NCBI GenBank assembly: GCA_965218795.1
Contig: OZ244653.1
Span: 1,376,001 to 1,440,000, forward strand
Origin: a bacterium
GTDB lineage: Bacteria; UBA8248; JACPRG01; G963555815
DNA: 64,000 bases
Reading direction: 5' to 3'
Part shown: positions 47,746 to 55,911 of the stretch, piece after piece
Layout: each line of letters begins with the position of its first letter
Numbering within the stretch: position 1 is the stretch's first letter
The notes under the pieces: generated by a model
What the model saw: only the letters and a program-made list of their open reading frames with translations
What the model was told of the DNA's origin: nothing
The model's database searches: none
Made by a program: the position numbers and the translations under genes

Positions 47746-49071
47746 TCACAAAGCGGAGTCTCTCTGGTCGACGACGCGACGCGCCTTGAATTCATGCCGG
47801 GGAAGGCTCCCCGCATCGCATATTTCGATCTTGAAGCGAAGTCCGCCGTGGGTGCGGCTGAGGGCCTTCTCCAGCTCTTCGGACAACCCCTCCCGGCTCA
47901 TTCCATCGTTCGCCGGCTCAAAACGCAAGGTGATTTCATCCGCGCCGGCTTCATTTTTTTCCAAAATGAGTTGCCACTCGTCCACGGGGACGCATCCCCT
48001 CAAAACCTGCTCTACCGAACCGGGGAACACGTTGACCCCGCGCACGATGAGCATATCGTCGGATCGGCCAAGAACGCCTCTCTCGAACAGCAGGAACGTC
48101 CGCCCGCAGCCGCAGCCGCGCCTCGTGGGTCGAACCAGATCCCCCGTCCGGTAACGCATGGCCGGAAAGCCGAACCGGCCGAGGTTCGTGAGCACGAGGC
48201 CCCCGACCTCTCCTTCTTCCACCGGTTCCTCGGTTGCGGGATCCAGGACTTCGAGGATGTGCTCCGCCTCCAGGGCATGCAATCCGGCCTGCTCCATGCA
48301 CGAATAGCCGAACAGCCCCGCTTCGGTCATCCCGGCGAACTCGAACGTCTTCGCCCCCCAGGCCTCTTCAATCGACTGGCGCATAGAGGGGATGGAAGCG
48401 CCCGGCTCCCCGGCGTGGATGGTGCGGCGGATGGACGATCTTGCGATATCCAGCCCCGCTTCCCGCGCGACCTCGGCCAGGCGGAGAGCATAAGAAGGCG
48501 TGCATACCAATACCGTTGCTTCGAGGTCGAGGATCAACCGAAGCCTGTCCTCAGAGGAAAACCCGCCGCCCGGAATGACGGAGGCCCCAATGTGCTCGGC
48601 ACCCCCGAACATTGTCCAGAAGGCCGCGAATGGACCGAATTGGAAAGCGAAGAACACCCGGTCGGCGGCGGATACCCCGGCCGAGCGGTACAGGTACGCC
48701 GCCGTCTCCATTCGCCACGCCCAACTCTCCCTTGTTTCCATCACCCGGAGAGAGCGCCCGCTGGTACCCGACGTCTGAAAGATCCGGACATAATCACTCA
48801 GCGGTTCGGTATGGTTCCGGCCGAAGGGGGGATGCGCCGCCTGCTCCTCTTCCCATTCCAGCTTGGTCGTTATCGGGAGTTTTCGGAGATCGTCCGGGGA
48901 CTGTATGTCTTCAAGGGACACTCCCGCCTGCGCATACTTTTCCCGGTAGAACCCGGATCGGTCGAATACATACCGAAGCTGAGACTGGAGCTTCGTCCAC
49001 TGCAAAGCCCGGATGGCCTCGGCTGATGAGGTTTCGACTTCCGGTTTCCAATAACTCACCGATTCATGCAT
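47746..49071 (-). CDS. Phenylacetate-CoA ligase (PaaK)-like aryl-CoA ligase (paralog)
   Basis: QTSGTSG, CTPSYAL, AGEPG, GMTE, RYRTGD, GRSDDM.IVRGVNVFP. Confidence 0.9.
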   Translation of the reverse strand: MHESVSYWKPEVETSSAEAIRALQWTKLQSQLRYVFDRSGFYREKYAQAGVSLEDIQSPDDLRKLPITTKLEWEEEQAAHPPFGRNHTEPLSDYVRIFQTSGTSGRSLRVMETRESWAWRMETAAYLYRSAGVSAADRVFFAFQFGPFAAFWTMFGGAEHIGASVIPGGGFSSEDRLRLILDLEATVLVCTPSYALRLAEVAREAGLDIARSSIRRTIHAGEPGASIPSMRQSIEEAWGAKTFEFAGMTEAGLFGYSCMEQAGLHALEAEHILEVLDPATEEPVEEGEVGGLVLTNLGRFGFPAMRYRTGDLVRPTRRGCGCGRTFLLFERGVLGRSDDMLIVRGVNVFPGSVEQVLRGCVPVDEWQLILEKNEAGADEITLRFEPANDGMSREGLSEELEKALSRTHGGLRFKIEICDAGSLPRHEFKARRVVDQRDSAL

Positions 49072-49098
49072 TGAAGGATTCTTGTGATTCGAACGGCT

Positions 49099-50460
49099 CT
49101 ACTGTCCGCCGTCAACAAAATCCTCAAGGCGCACGCCGGCCATCACATCGGGGGGGATTTCATTTCGGTTGGCGAACTCGGCCAGCGTCGGCTTGGCCGT
49201 GGCGTCGATTCCGACTTTGGAAGTAAACCCGTCCGGCTGGGATGACGGATCGAGATCCGACCCCCGCGCATTGGGAATGACACAGATATCCCGGTGCGGC
49301 TGGCAGCGTGTGCCGATGGCCCACTGGACGCGAAAATCGTCGAACACATCGACGTCATGGTCGACGACCACCACCCGCTTCAGATACAGCTCTGAGCCGA
49401 ACGCGGCGAGCACGGCGTTCATGGATTGCCCCGCAACCCGCTTCTCAATGGAGATGTAAACGGTGAATGGAGCCGGGATCCGGACCGCCCGGGTGGATGG
49501 CACAGCGGCCCGCACGGCCCTCAAAAGATTCGCCTCCATGGGAATGGTGGAGAGGACCATGTGGTCCGCGTGGGCAACGTTGATATCGTGAAACAGGGCG
49601 TCCTTCCGCCGGGTGACGGCCTTCACGTGGACCACTTCGCGCGGCCGCTCGCCAAGGGAGTAACCCGTGAATTCGCTGAAGGGTCCCTCGGGCTCCCGAA
49701 CGCCGGGGGGAATCTCCCCCTCGATGACAAGCTCCGCTTGCGCGGGGATGGGTATATCGACCGTCTCGCCCCTCACCACTTCCAGCGGCTCCTGGAGAAG
49801 CCCGCCGATGACGGCCAGCTCGTCCTCATCCGCGGCCCCCACGTGGAGCGTCCCCAACGCCCATAAGGGGTGAAGCCCGAAGACAAGTGCGATGGGCAGA
49901 GCCTCCCCACGCGCTTCGGCCTTCTGGTAGAACTCCCAATGGTGCTTGGCCAGGGTGAGGTGAATGCCGGTTTTCCGGGGACCCTTGACCATCAGCCGGT
50001 TGAAGCTGGCGTTGAGGGCTCCGGTTTCCGGATCTCGGGTAATGGCCATCGCGCCGGTGAAGTAGGGGCCTGCATCTGTCCAATGGTGATGGATTTGCGG
50101 CAGCTTGAGGATGTCAACCGAATCGCCGGTCTCGACCACTTCTTTGACCGGCCCGGTGCCCACCTCTTTGGGAGGAATCGGATTGAACCCCCGCCGGTCG
50201 AATTCCGCGACAGCGTTTTTGACATCGGTCCCAAGGGCGCCAGCCAATCGTGAGCGTTTGGCGAAAACGTTGGTCACAACAGTGAAATCCGTACCCTTGA
50301 CGTTCCGTAATTCCAGAACGGGCCGGCGGCGGACCCCTTCGAGCTTTTCCGTCAGGGCCGTAATCTCGAAGTTCGGGTCGATCTCACGTTCGACGACTTC
50401 ATATTCCTCGGGGGCGGCCGAACGGACTTCTTTCAGGAACCCCCTCAAGTCATCAGCCAT
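49099..50460 (-). CDS. UbiD-family prFMN-dependent (de)carboxylase
   Basis: DLRGF, DAGPYFT, FNR, ELVIEG, EGPFSEFTGY, VVDHDVD, KVGIDAT. Confidence 0.95.
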   Translation of the reverse strand: MADDLRGFLKEVRSAAPEEYEVVEREIDPNFEITALTEKLEGVRRRPVLELRNVKGTDFTVVTNVFAKRSRLAGALGTDVKNAVAEFDRRGFNPIPPKEVGTGPVKEVVETGDSVDILKLPQIHHHWTDAGPYFTGAMAITRDPETGALNASFNRLMVKGPRKTGIHLTLAKHHWEFYQKAEARGEALPIALVFGLHPLWALGTLHVGAADEDELAVIGGLLQEPLEVVRGETVDIPIPAQAELVIEGEIPPGVREPEGPFSEFTGYSLGERPREVVHVKAVTRRKDALFHDINVAHADHMVLSTIPMEANLLRAVRAAVPSTRAVRIPAPFTVYISIEKRVAGQSMNAVLAAFGSELYLKRVVVVDHDVDVFDDFRVQWAIGTRCQPHRDICVIPNARGSDLDPSSQPDGFTSKVGIDATAKPTLAEFANRNEIPPDVMAGVRLEDFVDGGQ

Positions 50461-50668
50461 AACCCTGTTTATTCTCCGTGTCGAATCAAGAATCCGTGTA
50501 CCGTTAGCATGTCCTGCAAATCGAGTCAAATCCTGTTTCCCTTTATGCAACACCGCTCAGCCTCGACATCGGGGGTGGTATCCTTTACATTGTGCCCCTT
50601 AGACGACCCCGCTATTTGTGGAAGTTTTTCACATCCGCAAGTTCCTTTTCCGTCCAAGAGGACGCAGC

Positions 50669-51709
50669 ATGGGCTATTCCGAGATTCCGGAGACCGCGCA
50701 ACGGCCTGAGCGCGGTACGCCGGGCGAGATATTCAAGAACATGCCCGAGTGGTACAAGACACGCCACCCGGAAGTGATGCGGTATCGGTGGATTCGCACG
50801 GATTTTGAAAATCGGGCGCTGTTCGAAGGCGAGCCCAACCCCATACGGGTGGAGATAGAAGACCCAAGTTCGCTGACGGAGCATATCAAGGAAAAGGCGC
50901 TGGAGATGGGCGCTGACATCGTCGGCGTTTGCGAGTTCGTGGACGAATTCTTCTTCGCGGACACAGAGCCCCCGGCCCACTCCCACGTCATCTGTTTCGG
51001 CGTCAAGATGGAATTCGACGAGATGAAGCGGGTGGGTCCACGATCCCAGATCGAGGTCCACCGGGTCTATTACAAAATCTTCGATATCAGCGCGCGGCTG
51101 GCCCAGTACATCAGAAGTTTCGGTTATGAAGCCACGGGATACGGCAACGACGGGCCGGTTCTCATGATCCCGTATGCCTGGCTGTCGGGATTGGGCGAGT
51201 TGGGCAAGCACGGCTCGCTGATCACCAAGGAGTTCGGTCCCAGCCTGCGCCTGGGCGCGGTCTCTACCTCCCTCCCGCTGGCCGCGGAGCCCCGGCCGGC
51301 CGATTTTGGCGTCCAGGATTTTTGTACGAACTGCGACCTCTGCTCGAAACACTGCCCCGGGTTGGCCATACCTGATGAGAAGCAGCGCGTCCGCGGGTGG
51401 GATATCTGGCAAGTGGACACGGAAGCCTGTCTCCCTTACTTCAAGAAATATGATGGGTGCAAGCTTTGCCTGATGGTGTGCCCTTACAATCTCGAAGGAA
51501 CCCAAAAGAAGGATTTTCACATCCTGGCCAAGGAGCTGGCCCGCCGGAAGCTCACCGCCGGTGAATTGATCGAGGAGTGGTCGTTGGAGGAACCCATTCC
51601 CGTACCCACGGCCCCCGGTCAAACGGGCCCCCCGGATTACGAGCGACCCAAGAACCTCCCGACGGACTTGAACCTGCCGCCGGATCCGACCCCCAAACCC
51701 ACAACCTAA
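50669..51709 (+). CDS. Reductive dehalogenase/QueG-like 2x[4Fe-4S] protein
   Basis: GADIVG, GLGELGKHGSLITKEFGP.LRL, FCTNCDLCSKHCP, C.PYF....GCKLCLMVCP; no TAT signal. Confidence 0.75.
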   Translation: MGYSEIPETAQRPERGTPGEIFKNMPEWYKTRHPEVMRYRWIRTDFENRALFEGEPNPIRVEIEDPSSLTEHIKEKALEMGADIVGVCEFVDEFFFADTEPPAHSHVICFGVKMEFDEMKRVGPRSQIEVHRVYYKIFDISARLAQYIRSFGYEATGYGNDGPVLMIPYAWLSGLGELGKHGSLITKEFGPSLRLGAVSTSLPLAAEPRPADFGVQDFCTNCDLCSKHCPGLAIPDEKQRVRGWDIWQVDTEACLPYFKKYDGCKLCLMVCPYNLEGTQKKDFHILAKELARRKLTAGELIEEWSLEEPIPVPTAPGQTGPPDYERPKNLPTDLNLPPDPTPKPTT

Positions 51710-51768
51710 TTGATGCGTCGCGAATCGATAAGGGCTTGTCATTTCATCCCAGAAAGGATTTTGTGAAC

Positions 51769-51933
51769 ATGCCGCTCTATGAATTCCGTTGCGAGAAATG
51801 CAGGGGAAAATTCACGCTGAAGGTTTCGGTCACCGAATATGAGAAAAAACGTCCGGCCTGCCCGAAATGCAAGAGCCGCAAGGTGTCGCGCATCTTCTCC
51901 ACCGTGATTACCCAGACCGATACAAAAAGCTGA
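51769..51933 (+). CDS. FmdB-family zinc-ribbon protein
   Basis: MPLYEFRCEKC...CPKC.S..V.R.FS. Confidence 0.9.
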   Translation: MPLYEFRCEKCRGKFTLKVSVTEYEKKRPACPKCKSRKVSRIFSTVITQTDTKS

Positions 51934-52002
51934 AAGACGGCAGAGCCCTGTTTGCCAAGATCGACTTTGGAAGAAACGGGAATTTTCTGGGCATCACCTT
52001 GC

Positions 52003-52031
52003 TTGACAGTGAACAGCGGGTTCGGTAGCTT
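52003..52031 (+). promoter_or_regulatory. sigma70-like promoter of fhs
   Basis: TTGACA-17 nt-TAGCTT. Confidence 0.55.
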
Positions 52032-52074
52032 GAATCTGCAAGCCTATTGTCAACCGTTTTCAGAATTGCGCTGG

Positions 52075-52103
52075 GGCCGCAGCGAATGGCTGCGGCCTTT
52101 TCT
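52075..52103 (+). terminator. Terminator-like hairpin upstream of the fhs start codon
   Basis: GGCCGCAGC-GAATG-GCTGCGGCC-TTTTCT. Confidence 0.6.
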
Positions 52104-52136
52104 CGGACAAATGAGAGCATTGATTCGGGAGACATC

Positions 52137-53819
52137 ATGTCAATCGGGTCCGACGTAGAGATCGCACAAGCTGCCGAGTTGAATCCCATCGTCGATATTG
52201 CCGATAAACTGGGTCTCGCACAGGATGAGATCGAGCTTTACGGAGACTACAAGGCAAAAGTTCGTCTGGATGCGCTCGATCGCCGAGCCGACGAAAAGGA
52301 CGGACAACTCGTCCTGGTGACCGCCATGACCCCCACGCCATTGGGTGAAGGAAAGACGCTTACGACCGTCGGCCTGGGCCAGGCGATGGCTCATCTGGGG
52401 AAGAGAAGCATGATCTGCATCCGCGAGCCTTCCCTTGGGCCGGTATTCGGCATCAAAGGGGGCGCGGCCGGCGGGGGAATGTCGCAGGTCCTGCCGATGG
52501 AAGACATCAACCTCCACTTCACCGGAGACATTCACGCAGTCACATCCGCCCACAACCTTCTCGCCGCCATGCTGGACGCCCACATCTTCCACGGCAACGA
52601 GTGCGAGCTGGACATTAACCAAATCAGCTGGAAGCGCGTTCTCGACATGAACGATCGCGCCCTCCGGAACACGGTGGTCGGACTGGGTGGCAAGGCCCAC
52701 GGCATACCGCGGCAAGACGGTTTCATGATCACGGCGGCATCCGAGATCATGGCCGTTCTGTGCCTGGCAAGCGACCCTCGGGACCTCAAGGCGCGGGTTG
52801 GGCGAATCGTCGTCGGATTCACCAAAAAGGGGACGCCGGTCACCGCCTCCGATCTACAAGCCTCGGGCGCCCTGGCGCTTCTTCTGAAAGACGCCATCAA
52901 GCCCAACCTTGTCCAGACCCTGGAGCATTCGCCCGCGTTCATCCACGGAGGACCGTTCGGGAACATCGCCCACGGAACGAACTCCATCATCGCCGACCGT
53001 CTGGCCCTCAAGCTCGCCGATGTCGTGATCGTCGAGGCGGGCTTCGGATCGGACCTGGGCGCGGAAAAATTCTTCAACATCACCGCGCGGACCGCGGGTT
53101 TCAACGTCAACGCCGTCGTTTTGGTGGCCACCATCCGCGCGCTGAAACTCCACGGAGGCGTCCCGTTCGACAAGGAAAAGCTCGGCCAGGAAAATCTGGA
53201 GGCTCTGAAGAAGGGATTCGAAAACCTCCAAGCCCACATAGAGAATCAGAGCAACTACGGCGCGCCCGTGATCGTCGCCATCAACCGATTCGCAACGGAT
53301 ACCGATGCCGAAGTCGATCTCATCAAGAAACTGGTCGAGGAGGTGGGCGCTTCCTGCGGATCGCACGAGCTGCACGGGAAGGGGGGAGAAGGAGGCCTGG
53401 AGCTGGCGGAGACGGTCTTTGATCGGGCGATGTCCAACGACAAGCCGTACACACCGCTCTACCCGCTGGATATGGCGCTGGACAAGAAGATCGAGACCCT
53501 CGCGAGGAAGATTTACGGGGCGGATAGGGTCGTTTTCGAGGCGGGCGCGGCACGGAATCTCAAAATGCTGGCCGATCTCGGGTACGGGGACCTCCCTGTA
53601 TGCGTGGCCAAGACCCAGGCGTCACTGTCCGATAATCCCAAGCTTTTGGGCAGGCCCCAAGGCTATACGATGAACGTCCGGGACGCATACGTATCCGCGG
53701 GCGCCGGATTCGTTGTGGCCATTGCGGGCAGCGTCATGCAGATGCCGGGGCTGGGCAAGGTCCCGGCGGCGGCCGGGATGGACATCGATTTGGAAGGGAG
53801 AATCACGGGTTTGTTCTGA
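52137..53819 (+). CDS. fhs: Formate--tetrahydrofolate ligase
   Basis: TPTPLGEGKT, REPSLGPVFGIKGGAAGGG, INLHFTGD, HGGPFGNIAHG, EAGFGSDLGAEKF. Confidence 0.97.
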   Translation: MSIGSDVEIAQAAELNPIVDIADKLGLAQDEIELYGDYKAKVRLDALDRRADEKDGQLVLVTAMTPTPLGEGKTLTTVGLGQAMAHLGKRSMICIREPSLGPVFGIKGGAAGGGMSQVLPMEDINLHFTGDIHAVTSAHNLLAAMLDAHIFHGNECELDINQISWKRVLDMNDRALRNTVVGLGGKAHGIPRQDGFMITAASEIMAVLCLASDPRDLKARVGRIVVGFTKKGTPVTASDLQASGALALLLKDAIKPNLVQTLEHSPAFIHGGPFGNIAHGTNSIIADRLALKLADVVIVEAGFGSDLGAEKFFNITARTAGFNVNAVVLVATIRALKLHGGVPFDKEKLGQENLEALKKGFENLQAHIENQSNYGAPVIVAINRFATDTDAEVDLIKKLVEEVGASCGSHELHGKGGEGGLELAETVFDRAMSNDKPYTPLYPLDMALDKKIETLARKIYGADRVVFEAGAARNLKMLADLGYGDLPVCVAKTQASLSDNPKLLGRPQGYTMNVRDAYVSAGAGFVVAIAGSVMQMPGLGKVPAAAGMDIDLEGRITGLF

Positions 53820-53931
53820 GCTCCCTTCGGGAAAGGCTCGTATGGAGCAGGTGGGACCTCATGTCTACGTCGATCCGTCTCACGGACCGTGTACCGTGGG
53901 GGCCATTCGGAGCTCCATCGGATTCAACTTC

Positions 53932-54750
53932 TCACGTGAACGGCCCCGAGACGCTCAACGACGCTTGATATTTCCGGATGGACCGGCCGGCAGCCGCAAA
54001 AAAGACCGCCGCCGGGATGAGGACAAGGAATTCGTACCCCAAGACAGCCCGGTAACTCCCCGTTGACTCGAACGCCCAACCCGCCAGCCACGGGCCCGCC
54101 GCGCCTCCGATTCCGAACCCGATGGTCAGAAATCCCAGGATCGCTCCGAAGTTCTTTCCGCGGTACATGTCGGAGCTCAACGAAGTCGTCTGACCGATCA
54201 TGCCGCCGACCCCGCCGGCAAAGAGAAGCGCAAACAGATAGAGACCCCACACGGAATCCGGCGACCGGTGGAAGAATAGAACGACCATCCCCCCTGCCGC
54301 CAGACCCGCTCCCCCGATGAACGTCTTGACCCGCCCGATTCGATCCGAGAACCCGACGACGACGATCCGGTTGACGATGGAAACCCCGCCGCTGAGCGCC
54401 AGGACGCCGGCCCCCAACAGCGGCGAATGCCCGATGCCGTCGGTCAACGCCACAAAGGGGGTCTTATTGAAGGAGATGGGTACCGATGAAGTGAATGGAG
54501 GTTGTCAGACAAAGCCAAGCCACCGGGATCGTCCAAATGGGGTGGGTCCGCCGGGCCCTGCTGGGAGTATCCGGCTTGCACGGCGCGTCCATCAACCGAG
54601 GCGGCAGAATCATCCAGCACCTCCAAGCCGCCCGAGCAACCCGGTTTTCCGCCGCAGCGAAGATCTTCGCTGCGCTTGACGCAGCCAACGAACGTCTGAT
54701 GATATTCTCCGGTCTGTTCCCACCGTTGCGAGAGATCAGTCCGCATGGCG
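53932..54750 (-). pseudogene. Degraded MFS transporter (C-terminal part intact)
   Basis: GFSDRIGR, YRGKNFGAILG, GPWLAG.AFE.TGSY; upstream part broken; left limit exact, right limit approximate. Confidence 0.65.
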
Positions 54751-54809
54751 GACGCCCACCGGGCTGAGACGATTCTGGATTGAAGGATCAAAAATGGGAG
54801 ACCCGCGCA

Positions 54810-55595
54810 ATGAGTCTGATCGTGGACAAGCAAGACCGAACTCTGACCGTTACGATGGACCGCCCCGAGGCGCTGAACGCCCTGGACCCAGAGACCCGGA
54901 TCGAGATGACTGAGGCGTTTGATGAATTCCGGGGGAACGACGACCTCTGGGTCGCCATCCTGACCGGGAGCGGAGAGAAGGCCTTCTGCGCCGGGGCGGA
55001 CATCAAAAAGACCATTGCGCCCGTGCTGGATGAATCGGTCTGGACCAAACGGCAGACTTACCTGCGCGCCCGGGACATTTATCCCGCCCTCGAGAATCAG
55101 ACCAAGCCTGTCATCGCAGCCATCAACGGTTACGCCATGGGCGGAGGATTGGAGCTGGCGCTTTGCTGCGATATCCGGCTCGCTTCCGAAAACGCGAAAC
55201 TCGGCCTGCCGGAGGTGAACATCGGGATCATGCCGGGCTCAGGCGGCACACAGCGGCTGGCCCGGGTCGTGGGCATGGCCCACGCCCTCGACATGACGCT
55301 CACCGGCGCGCACATCGACGCCGAACATGCCCTGCGCATCGGCCTCGTGACACGCGTTGTCCCGTTTTCAGACTTGATGAAGTCGGCCCGGGAACTCGCC
55401 GAGACGATTTGCCGGAAGGCGCCCCTGGGCGTGCGATTTTCGAAAGAGGCCATCCGCAGAGGGAACGAGATGAACCTCTCCGACGGCCTCGCCTTCGAAA
55501 ACGCCCTGTTCACGCTCCTGAGAGGAACTCTGGACGCCAAGGAGGGAACGACGGCCTTCGCCGAAAAACGAAAACCGGACTTCAAGGCCGACTAG
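54810..55595 (+). CDS. Enoyl-CoA hydratase (crotonase)
   Basis: RPEALNAL, FCAGAD, GGGLELAL, LPE..IG..PG.GGTQRL. Confidence 0.93.
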   Translation: MSLIVDKQDRTLTVTMDRPEALNALDPETRIEMTEAFDEFRGNDDLWVAILTGSGEKAFCAGADIKKTIAPVLDESVWTKRQTYLRARDIYPALENQTKPVIAAINGYAMGGGLELALCCDIRLASENAKLGLPEVNIGIMPGSGGTQRLARVVGMAHALDMTLTGAHIDAEHALRIGLVTRVVPFSDLMKSARELAETICRKAPLGVRFSKEAIRRGNEMNLSDGLAFENALFTLLRGTLDAKEGTTAFAEKRKPDFKAD

Positions 55596-55599
55596 AAAA

Positions 55600-55909
55600 T
55601 CTTTGGGGGGACACTTTGGAAATGCCCCACCTCCTGGAAAACGTTTGACGGTCGGGCAAGGTCCAGCTTGCTCGCGGCGGTACTCTGCGTACCATTTCGT
55701 TCTTACGCGCGGAGCGTCCCTTTGACCGGAGCCGGGAGCAGGCCGGAGGAATGCGTATATCCGGGCAAGGCGCCATGAAGAGTTGCGAGCAAGAAAGGTT
55801 GATTTCATACGCAAGAGGACGGCGCCTGCAGGCGCCGCCCTCTTGCGCGAAATGAATATATTTGAAGGGGGGGTTGGGGAGACGATTTTTGAAATGTCCC
55901 CCCCCAAGA
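55600..55909. repeat. Structured intergenic element with imperfect terminal inverted repeats
   Basis: TCTTTGGGGGGACAC.. / ..ATGTCCCCCCCCAAGA ends; internal 17-bp stem at 55810-55847; CTTGCTCGC/GCGAGCAAG pair. Confidence 0.5.
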
Positions 55910-55911
55910 AT

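Noticed and set aside
52032-52136. ZTP or THF riboswitch upstream of fhs
   Set aside because: Leader too short and no recognisable conserved aptamer sequence; reported only as a possible attenuator
53842-53935. MEQVGPHVYV..GPCTVGAI, resembling a metallo-beta-lactamase-fold N-terminus
   Set aside because: About 30 codons only, with no HxHxDH motif; cannot be supported as a feature
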